Positions 1-11,146 of a stretch of DNA of 64,000 nt are shown here, in pieces. The DNA comes from an uncultured SAR86 cluster bacterium (GTDB lineage Bacteria > Pseudomonadota > Gammaproteobacteria > Magnimaribacterales > D2472): contig CABXJR010000002.1 in NCBI GenBank assembly GCA_902512655.1, forward strand, positions 636-64,635. The letters run 5' to 3'. A program made the position numbers and the translations under genes. Positions within the stretch are counted from its first letter, which is position 1, and each line of letters starts with the position of its first letter. Under the pieces are notes generated by a model that did not search any database, was not told the origin of the DNA, and was given only the letters and a program-made list of their open reading frames with translations.

Positions 1-123
1 TGGGGCTCCGCCTCTCCAAACACCAATAATGTAATTTGGGCGGTAACCACTTTCATACACTTGCCAAGCGAGCTGAAATGAATCCCTTAATAGCTCATCT
101 GCTTGAATGAATAATTTATCCAT
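1..123 (-). CDS. Type I phosphoribosyltransferase (hypoxanthine/xanthine-guanine PRTase-like), N-terminal part, runs off window
   Basis: Not in the ORF track. Hand translation from ATG at 123: MDKLFIQADELLRDSFQLAWQVYESGYRPNYIIGVWRGGAP. IIGVWRGG matches the PRTase PPi-binding loop (cf. Gpt IIAVSRGG). Starts 18 bp after the TBDR stop. Confidence 0.8.
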   Translation of the reverse strand, partial: MDKLFIQADELLRDSFQLAWQVYESGYRPNYIIGVWRGGAP

Positions 124-141
124 AAACTTTAAATAACTAAA

Positions 142-2538
142 TCAATAGTTCATGCTTATTCGCACCATAAATTGACGAGGAGGAATAAGCTCTAATCCAG
201 TTGCAGCAACCCCAAAGACATCGGTCATGCTAGAATTAACACCATCTTCATCAGTCGCATTCAGAATCTTGAAGTCTAGCCCCCATTTGTCTCCAACAAA
301 ATCAATACTTGCTGTAAGATTTAATAAATCATATGAATCAATGGCATCAACAATAGAATTATTAGAGACTCTTTGCTGGAAGTCTCCTCTTTGAATGTAC
401 TGCATTATCCCTGTAAATAAACTACCAGAAGCAAGGACTGTTTCATAAGTGAGGCTGATATCCGCTGAAAACTCTGGGCTCTTTGCTAATTCATTGCCCT
501 TTACGTTTTCTCTTAAGCCATAGCGCAGATCTTCTTGACCAAAGAAATATTGATATGCATCTACATTATCTAAGACCATGTAATCTGAAGTGACCTCTGA
601 ATCAAGGAATGATAGATTCATATCTAAAATCAATGAGTCAGTTAAAAGGCCTTTAAATTCAATCTCAAGACCAGACATTTCTGATTCAGGTATATTTGCT
701 ACCCCACCTCTATATGGATCTGGATCAGTGGCTTGAAATTGAAGGTTCTCATAGGTGTATGAGAAAGCTGCAATATTTGCACGCGCTCTTCCATTCATTA
801 AATCTGTTTTCAAGCCAAACTCAATTGAATCGACCGTCTCAGCCTCAAATGTAGGAAATACCAATGCAGGTGCTAAAGGTCTTCCAGCAGCAGCATCTTC
901 TGCTTCAGTAAAACCAAACGTTAAATTGCTTCCGCCAGGCTTAAAGCCTCTTGCAAGGGATAGGTACGCCATAGCTGAATCAGACAAGTCTAATTCACCC
1001 GTTATCTTTCCAGTGGTCTCATCTGAAGTGCCCTTTTCAGTAAAAGTCTCTACATTAAAAAAATTAGTAACATTGGTTTCAAAAGTATCTTCTGAATATC
1101 TCATCCCTGCAACCAGACGAAAATCATCACTGACGCTATATGTTCCTTGGCCATAAAATGAATATGATTCTCGGGTTGGACGCGCATCAGTCACAAAATC
1201 CCAATCAGCTCCAAAGACATCGAACCTTCCTGGTATACCGTAATCATGAGTGTAGCAATATGCAGGATTTGCAAACGACTCTCCACATAGATATCTTAAT
1301 TGACCAGTTAGATCATTGTCTCTATAGCCCCGTATAGTATTTTCTATTTCATGCTCCATGTAAAAAGCACCTATTGTCCAATCCAATTTTCCATTTAGAA
1401 TTGGTTCATTAGAAATTAAATTAATTTCAAATGTAGTTGTGTCAACAACAGAAGTTTCAGGATTAAATTCAGCTCTTTGATAACGGGCATATTTGCACTC
1501 ATCGGGCTGAGGAAAAATTGCTATACAAACTTGTTGGACTGGAGGTAATCCCGGGATAGATTTAACAAAGTTGCCGTAGTTATGTCTATCATTATCCCTG
1601 ACTACTAAAATATCATCTTCTTGGATACTAGCCATGGCTTTGAGAGATGCAAACCCTAAATCAGATTCATAAATTGCAGCAAAAACTGAGGATGTCAGCT
1701 CATGTTTCGAGAGAGTATCTTGAGATAATTTTCTGATGTTTGGAGTTGGATCATCAATGCCTCGCATGGCTGAACCATTTCTATCAACTTCAAAAAACTG
1801 CCCAAAGAATCTTAAGCTTGAATTTTCATCCAGATCAATATGTAAGTCTCCACGGAAACTAATGCTGCTTGCATCATCCAAGTCTTGCCCAGTAAAAATG
1901 TTATCGCTAAAACCGTCTCTCTCAGTAATTGCAAAAGAGATTCTGCTAGCAACATTATCTGCAAGTGGAATATTGTTGGATGAACGGAATTTGGTAAGAC
2001 CATAGTTACCAAAAGTAATATCTGATTTACCTAAATATTCATCCATTGATGGTTTTTTGCTAATTATATTAATGGCTCCACCAGTTGAATTTTGACCAAA
2101 CAAGGTGCCTTGTGGTCCTCTAATAACCTCAATTCTATCAACATCAATAAAATCAGTTTGAAGGGCAAACGGAGAAGCAATAAAAATTCCATCCATATGA
2201 AATGCTACTGAGGGAGCTGCAATAGCATTTTGATTTGTCTCATTACCAACTCCTCTAATAGAAATAACAGTTTTATAGCCTTCATTTTTAGCAACAGTCA
2301 CCCCGGGAACAATGGCACTTAAATCTACCATTGATTCAATATTTTTGGATTCAATATCTTGATCGCTAATAGCTGTTACTGCTTGAGAGATGTCTTGCAG
2401 GCTTTCACTTCGTTTTTCAGCAGTTACAAATACTTCTTCAATTACGTTATCTTGGGCCAATAAAGACACCCCAAAAAATAATAATGAAATTGATAATAAA
2501 AAAATTTTATTAAAAGACATGAAGTTCATTAAAGTCAC
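142..2538 (-). CDS. TonB-dependent outer-membrane receptor
   Basis: Signal peptide, TonB box-like IEEVFVTAEKR, plug motifs (ISIRGVG; RIEVIRGPQGTLFGQNSTGGAINIISKKP), beta-barrel ending in aromatic Y. True start may be ATG at 2529 or 2520. Confidence 0.95.
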   Translation of the reverse strand: MTLMNFMSFNKIFLLSISLLFFGVSLLAQDNVIEEVFVTAEKRSESLQDISQAVTAISDQDIESKNIESMVDLSAIVPGVTVAKNEGYKTVISIRGVGNETNQNAIAAPSVAFHMDGIFIASPFALQTDFIDVDRIEVIRGPQGTLFGQNSTGGAINIISKKPSMDEYLGKSDITFGNYGLTKFRSSNNIPLADNVASRISFAITERDGFSDNIFTGQDLDDASSISFRGDLHIDLDENSSLRFFGQFFEVDRNGSAMRGIDDPTPNIRKLSQDTLSKHELTSSVFAAIYESDLGFASLKAMASIQEDDILVVRDNDRHNYGNFVKSIPGLPPVQQVCIAIFPQPDECKYARYQRAEFNPETSVVDTTTFEINLISNEPILNGKLDWTIGAFYMEHEIENTIRGYRDNDLTGQLRYLCGESFANPAYCYTHDYGIPGRFDVFGADWDFVTDARPTRESYSFYGQGTYSVSDDFRLVAGMRYSEDTFETNVTNFFNVETFTEKGTSDETTGKITGELDLSDSAMAYLSLARGFKPGGSNLTFGFTEAEDAAAGRPLAPALVFPTFEAETVDSIEFGLKTDLMNGRARANIAAFSYTYENLQFQATDPDPYRGGVANIPESEMSGLEIEFKGLLTDSLILDMNLSFLDSEVTSDYMVLDNVDAYQYFFGQEDLRYGLRENVKGNELAKSPEFSADISLTYETVLASGSLFTGIMQYIQRGDFQQRVSNNSIVDAIDSYDLLNLTASIDFVGDKWGLDFKILNATDEDGVNSSMTDVFGVAATGLELIPPRQFMVRISMNY

Positions 2539-2562
2539 CCTAAGGTTTATATGTTAATTATT

Positions 2563-2585
2563 TACAAGCTTCTAAGAAACTTGTA
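2563..2585. promoter_or_regulatory. Inverted repeat/hairpin upstream of the TBDR
   Basis: TACAAGCTTCT-A-AGAAACTTGTA, 11-bp arms with one mismatch that becomes a G.U pair in the minus-strand RNA. Confidence 0.4.
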
Positions 2586-2695
2586 TATCTTGGATTGATG
2601 CAACATTAATTGCCAATACCAAAAGATTGAAAATAAATATATATTAAATTTTCAGCTAAAAAGCTTTGAATTATTGGATCAATCTATATTTGCCT

Positions 2696-2745
2696 TAAGT
2701 TATATTTGAACTTATAACAATCTAATATTATAAGTTGTAAACTTA
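2696..2745. promoter_or_regulatory. Cluster of TAAGTT/AACTTA inverted half-sites upstream of the NCS2 permease
   Basis: TAAGTT(2696)-N7-AACTTA(2709); TAAGTT(2731)-N3-AACTTA(2740); AACTTATAA-N10-TTATAAGTT (2709-2736). Confidence 0.35.
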
Positions 2746-2771
2746 ATTTTTAAATACAAATATTGAATTTA

Positions 2772-4061
2772 ATGCTAGAAAAATTTTTTAAGTTAGAAGA
2801 AAACAATACATCAATTAAAACTGAACTAGTTGCTGGCTTTACCACATTTATAACAATGGCCTATATCATTTTTGTTAACCCCCAGATGATGTCGATGGCT
2901 GGGATGGATCAAGGAGCTAGTTTTGTAGGGACCTGTTTGGCTGCCGCGATAGCATGCATATTGATGGGTCTTTATGCCAACTGGCCAATTGGATTAGCTC
3001 CTGGAATGGGGCTTAATGCATTCTTTACCTATACGGTAGTTGGTGAGATGGGATATTCGTGGGAAATTGCGCTTGGTGCAGTATTTATCGCTGGTATTTT
3101 ATTTTGGATAATGAGCATTACCCCAGTTAGACAATGGATGTTAGAGAGCATACCTATGAATCTTAGGATTGCTATGGGCTCTGGTGTGGGTCTTTTTATT
3201 GGGCTTATTGGGTTAAAAAATGGCGGCATCATAGTCCCAAATGAAGCAACTCTTCTGAGCATGGGTAATTTGCTGAGAACTGAAACCATCCTTTCAATGC
3301 TCGGATTTCTTGTGATAGCAATTCTTGCAGTTAGAAAGGTGCCAGGTGCAATACTCCTTGGCGTAATAATGGTAACAGTTACATCAATTTTTATTGGCAT
3401 TGTCCAATTTCAAGGGTTGATCTCCTACCCCCCAGCTTTTATGCCTGTATTTATGAAATTAGATATTATGGGAGCGCTAGATTTAGCCATGATCAGCGTG
3501 ATTATGTCTTTTCTATTCGTAAACTTATTCGATACTGCAGGAACACTTCTTGGAGTTGCTAACCAAGCCAAGTTAGTGGATGAGTCTGGAAATGTTAATA
3601 ATCTTGATAAAGCTCTCAAAGCTGATAGTTCCTCAAGTGCTGTTGGAGCTTTTTTAGGATGCGCACCGGTTACAAGCTATGTAGAAAGCTCTGCTGGTGT
3701 TGAAACTGGCGGTAGGACAGGATTAACTGCGGTAACAGTAGGTTTTTTATTTTTAATTGCAATTTTCTTTTCACCTTTGGCGAGCATCATCCCTGCACAT
3801 GCAACTTCCGGAGCGCTTATATATGTGGCGATATTGATGTTGAGTGGAATGGAAAGGCTGAACTGGTCAGATACATCTGAACTTCTTCCGGCATTAATAA
3901 TAATTGTGATGATTCCATTAACTTTTTCTATTGCAAACGGAATTGCCCTAGGCTTCATATCTTATGTTGTGCTAAAAATTGCTTCTGGAAGAAATGCAGA
4001 AATATCTGCTGGTGCCTGGTTTCTGACTTTGGTATTTTTATCTAAATTTATATTTCTATAA
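2772..4061 (+). CDS. NCS2 family (AzgA-like) guanine/hypoxanthine/adenine permease
   Basis: ELVAGFTTFITMAYIIFVNP, LAPGMGLNAFF, FDTAGTL, TSYVESSAGVETGGRTGLTA, PLTFSIANGI. ORF track opens at TTG 2763; ATG 2772 is the more likely start. Confidence 0.95.
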   Translation: MLEKFFKLEENNTSIKTELVAGFTTFITMAYIIFVNPQMMSMAGMDQGASFVGTCLAAAIACILMGLYANWPIGLAPGMGLNAFFTYTVVGEMGYSWEIALGAVFIAGILFWIMSITPVRQWMLESIPMNLRIAMGSGVGLFIGLIGLKNGGIIVPNEATLLSMGNLLRTETILSMLGFLVIAILAVRKVPGAILLGVIMVTVTSIFIGIVQFQGLISYPPAFMPVFMKLDIMGALDLAMISVIMSFLFVNLFDTAGTLLGVANQAKLVDESGNVNNLDKALKADSSSSAVGAFLGCAPVTSYVESSAGVETGGRTGLTAVTVGFLFLIAIFFSPLASIIPAHATSGALIYVAILMLSGMERLNWSDTSELLPALIIIVMIPLTFSIANGIALGFISYVVLKIASGRNAEISAGAWFLTLVFLSKFIFL

Positions 4062-4068
4062 TAGTAAG

Positions 4069-5532
4069 TTAACTTCTTTGGTAATTTGGAGCTTCTTTTG
4101 TGATCATGACATCATGAACGTGACTTTCGGTAATTCCAGCATTTGTAATCTCAACAAATTGAGTCTCTTGATGCATATCCTTAATTGATTTACATCCAAC
4201 ATATCCCATACTCTGTCGTATGCCTCCAATTAATTGATCAATTACATTTACAACCCAGCCTTTAAACGGCACTCTTCCCTCAACTCCCTCGGGAACCATC
4301 TTTTCATTGCTTATGCCATCTTGAGAATATCTGTTTGTATCATTTCGTTCAGCCATTGCTCCGATAGATCCCATTCCCCTATAAGTTTTAAAACTACGGC
4401 CTTGGTAAAGTTCTAACTCTCCAGGAGCCTCTTCTGTTCCGGCAAAAATACCGCCTAACATCACTGCATCTGCACCAGCTGCAAGTGCTTTAGAAATATC
4501 ACCTGAAAATCTAATACCCCCATCCGCAATCAGTGGGACACTATTAGCGGAAAGCTTTTCTTTTATTGAAAGGATCGCGGTGATCTGAGGGACTCCAATT
4601 CCTGCGATAATTCTAGTTGTACAAATTGATCCTGGGCCCATTCCAATCTTCACTGAATCAACGCCAGCATCAATCAAGGCATGAGCACCCTCTGGAGTTG
4701 CAACATTGCCACCCATGACGTCTATATCTGGAAGCTCCTTTTTAATGAGCTTTATAGTATCGATTACATTCTGAGAATGACCATGAGCACTATCTATTAC
4801 AAATAAATCAACCCCAGCCTCATATAATGCTTTAGCCCTGTCTAAATTATCAGCTCCAGTTCCAAGAGCTGCACCAACTTGTAACTGACCCCTAGAATCC
4901 TTGGTTGCAAGAGGATGCTCAGCAGATTTATCAATATCTTTCATGGTAACCAATCCAGTTAAAGAGTTTTCTTCGTCTGTTACTAGAATTTTTTCAATTC
5001 TATTGTTGTACATTAATTTTTTGACTTCTTCTTGATCAAAGCCCTCTTTTACTGTTATTAATTTCTCATATGGCGTCATAATCGAAGAAACTAATTCAGA
5101 CAAGTTATCTGCATATCTAAAGTCTCTCCTAGTAACAATTCCCATTAATTCTCCATTATCTACAACTGGCATACCAGAAATACTGAGCTCATTTGTTAAT
5201 TGCATAAGCTCACTGATTGTTTTAGTTGATTGGATGGTTGAAGGATCTCGGACAACGCCACTTTCGTATTTTTTTACAGCTCTGACTTCTGCGGCCTGCT
5301 CTTCAATTGAATTATTCTTATGAAGAATTCCAATTCCACCATTTTCAGCAAGAGCAATAGCCATGGCAGCTTCCGTGACTGTATCCATTGCAGCAGATAC
5401 TAGAGGAATTTTTAAGGAAATATTTCTTGAAACATATGTTTCTAATTGCGCTTCAGCAGGAAGGAAATCCGTAAATCTGGGCAAAAGCAATACGTCATCA
5501 AAGGTTAAGGCTTTATGTTTGATCTTTTCCAT
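4069..5532 (-). CDS. guaB: Inosine-5'-monophosphate dehydrogenase
   Basis: [23 protein letters not shown] pair, catalytic [32 protein letters not shown]. Confidence 0.98.
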   Translation of the reverse strand: MEKIKHKALTFDDVLLLPRFTDFLPAEAQLETYVSRNISLKIPLVSAAMDTVTEAAMAIALAENGGIGILHKNNSIEEQAAEVRAVKKYESGVVRDPSTIQSTKTISELMQLTNELSISGMPVVDNGELMGIVTRRDFRYADNLSELVSSIMTPYEKLITVKEGFDQEEVKKLMYNNRIEKILVTDEENSLTGLVTMKDIDKSAEHPLATKDSRGQLQVGAALGTGADNLDRAKALYEAGVDLFVIDSAHGHSQNVIDTIKLIKKELPDIDVMGGNVATPEGAHALIDAGVDSVKIGMGPGSICTTRIIAGIGVPQITAILSIKEKLSANSVPLIADGGIRFSGDISKALAAGADAVMLGGIFAGTEEAPGELELYQGRSFKTYRGMGSIGAMAERNDTNRYSQDGISNEKMVPEGVEGRVPFKGWVVNVIDQLIGGIRQSMGYVGCKSIKDMHQETQFVEITNAGITESHVHDVMITKEAPNYQRS

Positions 5533-5596
5533 AACGGATTATAGCGCAAGCTTTTATTAAAAAAAAGATACGTGCTGTGAAGCTATTAAGTCTGAT

Positions 5597-5953
5597 TTAT
5601 AGCAAGAGCACTATGATGCATGAAAAAAGTTCGTCAGATTTTGCAGCACAAATGAAATCATTCATATGCAAACCCTTAATCTTATGTGACCACCACTCTA
5701 AGCTAACGCTTCCCCATTCGAGAGCAATTTTTGGATGATGATCTTGTGATTCTGCCAAATCAGCAATTAAATTAGTAAAAGTAATAGATTTCTCATAATT
5801 ATTAAATTTAAATTCTTTTGTTAGTTTTGAGATATCTGAATTATCAATAATCCAGCCATCGAGGTCTTTTAAAAGCTCTATCTGTTGATCATGCGGGACT
5901 AATGGAGCACCTATTTCACACGCACTACAAGTTCCCTGCGAAAGTTCTGTCAT
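5597..5953 (-). CDS. phhB: Pterin-4-alpha-carbinolamine dehydratase
   Basis: L..CSAC N-terminus, AESQDHHP, WWSHKIKGLHMNDFICAAKSD. The hydrophobic tail may be an indel artefact. Confidence 0.93.
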   Translation of the reverse strand: MTELSQGTCSACEIGAPLVPHDQQIELLKDLDGWIIDNSDISKLTKEFKFNNYEKSITFTNLIADLAESQDHHPKIALEWGSVSLEWWSHKIKGLHMNDFICAAKSDELFSCIIVLLL

Positions 5954-7337
5954 ACCCCGCCCTTTGTAAGTTTTGCAGGATTTAATAAAGTCTTTAATTG
6001 CTTGAGCGGTAATCCAGTTTCTTCATGAGCAACATCAATAATGGATCTTTGCTCTTTATATGCTTTTTTAGCAATTTGTGCAGCCTTCTCGTAACCAATT
6101 TCTCTATTCAATGCTGTTACTAAAATTGGATTCATGCCAAGTGATTCTGCAATATTCTTTTTATTGACTTTAAAAGTTTTGATTGCTTTGTTCGCCAAGA
6201 GCGGCATTGAATTAGACATAAGGCTGATACTTTTAAGTAAGTTGTATGCTATTACTGGAAGCATTACATTCAATTGAAAATTTCCTGACTGACTTCCTAT
6301 AGATACTGTTACATCATTTCCAATTACATCAGCACAAGCCATAGCTACTGCTTCCGGTATCACCGGATTAACCTTACCAGGCATAATGCTACTTCCAGGT
6401 TGCAAGGCCTCGAGCTCGATTTCTCCTAGGCCAGTCAGAGGGCCACTATTCATCCACCGCAAATCATTGGATATTTTAGTCAACACTAAGCTAAGATTTT
6501 TAACGCTAGATGATAATTGAGCAGCAGAGTCTTGAGCGCTTAAAGATTTAAAATAATTTGTTGATGTCTTTACATTAAGTTTCGTTAATTTTGAAACCTC
6601 AAAAGCAAACACTTTTCCAAAATCTTTGTGAGCATTAACTCCTGTTCCAATAGCGGTTCCTCCTTGAGGCAAATAAGCCATTTCTTTTGAAGCGGAAACG
6701 ATGGACTTTTCTACAGCCTTTAATTGAGAACTCCATCCTGATAATTCTTGAGAGAAATCTATTGGCATCGCATCCATTAAGTGCGTTCTTCCAGTTTTTA
6801 CTTGACCCTTTAGGGATAATGCTTTTTTATCAATAACTTTGATAAGACTATCTAAAGATGGTAACAAAGTCTTTGAGTATCTAATAATGCAGAAATACAA
6901 ATTGCTGTTGGAATAACGTCGTTGCTACTTTGACTCATATTTACATGATCGTTTGCATTGATTTTAATGCGAGCTTTTTTTGTGGCTAGGTTTGAAATTA
7001 CCTCATTAGCATTCATATTGGTGCTAGTTCCAGAACCAGTCTGAAAAACATCGAGTGGAAATTGACTATCGTGTTTACCTGAAAGAACTTCTTTAGACGC
7101 GGTTTTAATTGCCTTTGCTTTTCTCGAATCAAGTAACTTAAGTTTTTGATTAGATGATGCAGCAGCAAACTTAATTACGCCCAGGGCTTCTATGAAACTT
7201 CTTCCAAAAGGAAAAGCAAATTTAATGCCACTAATAATCTTAAAGTTTTCCATAGCTCGCTGCGTTTGGGCTCCCCAAAGTGCATCGTGAGGGACATTAA
7301 CTTCTCCCATTGTGTCTTTTTCGACTCTATATTTCAT
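5950..7337 (-). pseudogene. fumC: Class II fumarate hydratase, split by one frameshift (probably an assembly indel)
   Basis: ORF 6852-7337 has [42 protein letters not shown] 5950-6900 has KTGRTHLMDA, GSSIMPGKVNP. One extra T in the run at 6872-6874 restores ...LLDTQKTLLPSL... Confidence 0.93.
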
Positions 7338-7385
7338 ATTAGCTCCGTAATTGGGTAAACTATTTTACACTTTAAGGGATTCATT

Positions 7386-8195
7386 ATGGCAAAAGTTGCA
7401 CCAATTAGCATCGATATTAATAAAGGCAAGCTTCCAAATAAGCCTAAGGGCATTGAAATGGTCGAATGCAAAACCATTGAAGAAACACGAAGAGATCAAT
7501 TACAGAGGCTAACTGCTGGATTTAGATTATTTTCTCATTTTGGTTTCGATGAGGGAGTCGCTGGGCATATTACACTTAGAGATCCTGAGTTTAGTGATCA
7601 TTTTTGGGTAAACCCATTAGGTGTGCACTTTAGTCAAATAAAAGTGTCTGACTTGCTCCTTGTTAATCATGATGGTGAAGTTGTCCAAGGTGAACGGCCT
7701 ATTAATGTTGCTGCATATGCGATCCATTCAAGACTGCATAAAGCCAGGCCAGATGTAAATGCTGCCGCGCACTCACATTCACTATATGGAAGAACTTTTT
7801 CAACTTTTGGAAAATTGCTTGATCCTATTTCTCAAGACTCATGTGCCTTTTATGAAAGACAAGCGATACATAATCATTTTTCTGGAGTTGTTGAAGAAAC
7901 TGAAGAAGGGGATAGAATCGCAAACGCTCTTGGAGACAAGACAGTTCTATTCCTTCAAAATCACGGTATTTTAACTACAGGACCATCTATTGATATTGCA
8001 CTTTGGTATTATTTCTCAATGGAAAGATGCTGTCATTCCCAGCTCATGGCTGATGCTGCTGGAGAAACTACAAAGATTCCTCATGATACTGCTATTAAAA
8101 CAAGAGAGTTTATTGCCAATGACCTTGCGGCTTGGGCAAGCTTCCAACCCCTTTTGGATATGATTACTAAGAAAGAGCCAGATTTACTGGATTAG
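7386..8195 (+). CDS. Class II aldolase/adducin family protein
   Basis: EGVAGHITLRDP, FWVNPLG, IHSRLHKARPDVNAAAHSHS, LQNHGILT metal-binding histidines. Confidence 0.9.
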   Translation: MAKVAPISIDINKGKLPNKPKGIEMVECKTIEETRRDQLQRLTAGFRLFSHFGFDEGVAGHITLRDPEFSDHFWVNPLGVHFSQIKVSDLLLVNHDGEVVQGERPINVAAYAIHSRLHKARPDVNAAAHSHSLYGRTFSTFGKLLDPISQDSCAFYERQAIHNHFSGVVEETEEGDRIANALGDKTVLFLQNHGILTTGPSIDIALWYYFSMERCCHSQLMADAAGETTKIPHDTAIKTREFIANDLAAWASFQPLLDMITKKEPDLLD

Positions 8196-9619
8196 TTAAT
8201 TACCAATAATAGCTTTAGTCTCCAAGCATTCTATTAGACCAGACATTCCATGCTCTCTTCCATTGCCAGAAGTTTTAAATCCACCAAAAGGCGCTGCAGG
8301 ACCCCTTGCACCACCATTGATACTAATTTGACCAGCTCTAATTCTTCTAGCAACCTGTTTTGCATGATCCTCATCACCAGATTGGACATATCCAGCTAAT
8401 CCATATTCAGTGTCGTTAGCAATCTCTATAGCCTCATCTTCCGACTCATACTTTAATATACTAAGAACAGGCCCAAAAATTTCCTCTCTTGCAATAGTCA
8501 TGTCATTGGTAACATCAGCAAAAAACTGTTGGTTTTACAAAGTAACCCTCTGACAAATCATCGGGTCTACCCAATCCTCCAGCAACCAATCTTGCCCCTT
8601 CATCAATACCAATTTGTATTAATTTTTGAACTTTTTCATATTGAACTTTATTAGAAATTGGTCCAATTTTTACACCCTCATCTTCTGGTGAGCCAACAAC
8701 TGTTGAATTTGCAACTTCAGCAGCAGCTTCTACTGCCCTTTCATAATTATTAGATGAAACAAGCATTCTTGTTGGTGCATTGCATGATTGTCCGGTATTC
8801 ATAAAGCAATGATTCGCTCCAGCAGCGGCAGCTTTCTCAATATCAGCATCATCTAGGATGATATTTGCTGATTTACCACCAAGCTCTTGAGCAACCCTCT
8901 TTACAGTTGGAGCTGAAGCTATAGCTACAGCAACTCCAGCCCTTGTTGAACCCGTAAAGTGCATCATGTCAATATCTTGATGCTCAGATAGAGCAGCTCC
9001 AACAATTGGGCCCATTCCATTCACCAAGTTAAAAACTCCTGCTGGAACTTTTGAAGCATCTAATATTTCAGCAAATATAATGCCGCAAAACGGTGTTATT
9101 TCACTTGGTTTTAATACCATGGTGCATCCTGATGCAATGGCAGAGGCCACTTTTGTACACATCTGATTCATGGGCCAATTCCAGGGGGTAATCATCCCAA
9201 TGACGCCTATAGGCTCTTTTCTTATTAAATAATTATTTTCGGTTCCCTCAAATTCAAAAGTTTTTAATACTTCTAATGTATCTTTAAAATGAGATAAACC
9301 TGAGGTCACTTGAGCAACATTAGATAACCATAATGGCGCACCCATTTCTTCTGAAATCGTTTTTGCTAATTCCTCTGAGCGTTTTTCATATTCAGAAATA
9401 ATATTCTCTAGCAGAATAATTCTCTCTTCTTTAGAAGAAAAAACCAAAAGTTTTGAAAGCCTCTTTGGCAGCTCCAACAGCTAGGTCTATATCTTCTTTA
9501 GTTCCAGCTGATATCGAACCAATAACAGATTCATCAGATGGATTGATAACCTCTATTTTTTCCGAGCCCAGTGGGTCAACCCATTCCCCATTTATATAAA
9601 ATTTAAGATGATCAGACAT
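8196..9619 (-). pseudogene. NAD(P)-dependent aldehyde dehydrogenase, split by two frameshifts (probably assembly indels)
   Basis: Three consecutive ORFs: FYINGEWV; ITPWNWP, KPSE, FTGST, ELGGKS, GQSC; [20 protein letters not shown]. Breaks fall in A-runs at 9438-9444 and 8520-8525. Confidence 0.92.
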
Positions 9620-9699
9620 ATTTATTCCTCACTAGATTGAATTTAATTATAACGGATGTTTTTTAATAATCGCCAGCATTGATTCTATAATTCTAGAAT

Positions 9700-11121
9700 C
9701 TAAATACCACTTTCCTCTCGGGCATCTTTAAATGCTTGAATGGCTCTAAGACGAGATTCTTTCAAATTAAGAATAGGCGCTGGATAATTAGTAGATGAAA
9801 AAAGATCATCTTTTGGCTGATGAATTTGCGCAATTGAAACATCTTTTAGTTCAGGAATAAATTTTTTGATAAATTCTCCATTAGGATCAAAATTTTGAGA
9901 CTGAGTAATGGGATTAAAGATTCTGAAGTAAGGCGCAGAATCTGTTCCAGTTGAGGAGCTCCATTGCCAGCCTCCATTATTTGAAGAGAAATCTCCGTCT
10001 ATCAAATGTTGCATAAAAAACTTTTCTCCAAGCCTCCAATCATGAAGCATATTTTTTGTAAAAAACATCGCCACGACCATCCTTAATCTATTGTGCATCC
10101 AGCCCTCTGAAAGCATCTGTCTGATGCCAGCATCAACAATAGGAAAACCTGTTTTACCAGCATAAAAGGCTTCAAACTCCTTGCCTGAATGTCGCCATTG
10201 AATAGACTTTGTATAGTCTTGAAAAGGTTGATTCTGACTTACTTTTGGGAAGGAATGCATGATATTTCGATAAAACTCCCTCCAAACAATTTCATTAATC
10301 CACATACATATTCCCTTATTTCCTGATGTAAGCTCAAAATTATTGAGCTTTAAAGCCTCCAAGATACATCTTTTAGGAGAAAGGATACCAAGGGCTAGAT
10401 AAGGTGAAATTCTGCTTGTACCATCAAGAATTGGAGAGTTTCTTGATTCACTGTAATACTGAGCTTTTAAATGAAGAAAATTTGCAAGCTTGTCTAAGGC
10501 AACACTTTCTCCTGCAGGCCAAAGATCAATATTTGTTGAATGAGTTTTAACAAATTTTAAAACAGATAAATCACTTTGAATTGAAGGAGCTTTTTTTTGC
10601 TTTAATGGCTTGGCTAATTCTAAAAAATTTATATCAAAATTTTCAACCCACCTTCTTTTAAATGGTGTGAAAACTGAAAAAGGTTTCCCTTGACCTGTTT
10701 TAAGAAAACCTGGCTCATAAATGACCTGATCATTAAATGATGAAAACTGAATATTGTTTTTTCTTAAAAACTCTATTGAATTTTGATCTCTTACCGTCTC
10801 GTTAAATCCGAATTCATTATTACAAAATACATGATCTATTTTTTGATCAGCTGCAAATGAAGATAAGTCTTGAGGCAAAGTTTTATATGAATCGGTATTA
10901 ATTGCTATTAACGGAATGTTTAATTTTGCAAGCGAATCTTTTAATTGAGTTAGATTGTTAAATATGAATTCCTGTTTGATATTGGATTCATTGTGAAGTT
11001 CCCACTGTGATTGAGAAAAAATATAGATAGCTAGGACTTCATCACAACTGCTTAATGCAGCAGTTAGTGCAGGATTATCATCAATTCTAAGATCAGACCT
11101 AAACCAAACTATCCCCTTCAT
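9700..11121 (-). CDS. phrB: Class I deoxyribodipyrimidine photolyase
   Basis: VWFRSDLRIDDNPAL, TSRISPYLALG, EIVWREFY, GKTGFPIVDAG, WMHNRLRM, LIDGDFSSNNGGWQW, YFRIFNP. Confidence 0.96.
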   Translation of the reverse strand: MKGIVWFRSDLRIDDNPALTAALSSCDEVLAIYIFSQSQWELHNESNIKQEFIFNNLTQLKDSLAKLNIPLIAINTDSYKTLPQDLSSFAADQKIDHVFCNNEFGFNETVRDQNSIEFLRKNNIQFSSFNDQVIYEPGFLKTGQGKPFSVFTPFKRRWVENFDINFLELAKPLKQKKAPSIQSDLSVLKFVKTHSTNIDLWPAGESVALDKLANFLHLKAQYYSESRNSPILDGTSRISPYLALGILSPKRCILEALKLNNFELTSGNKGICMWINEIVWREFYRNIMHSFPKVSQNQPFQDYTKSIQWRHSGKEFEAFYAGKTGFPIVDAGIRQMLSEGWMHNRLRMVVAMFFTKNMLHDWRLGEKFFMQHLIDGDFSSNNGGWQWSSSTGTDSAPYFRIFNPITQSQNFDPNGEFIKKFIPELKDVSIAQIHQPKDDLFSSTNYPAPILNLKESRLRAIQAFKDAREESGI

Positions 11122-11146
11122 AATTAATTAATTTACAAATATTTTT

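Noticed and set aside
2560-2630. Purine riboswitch upstream of the TBDR (GUUUCU-like word)
   Set aside because: No three-way junction and none of the conserved UAUAAU/AUGG/CCGUAAA elements. Kept only as generic hairpins.
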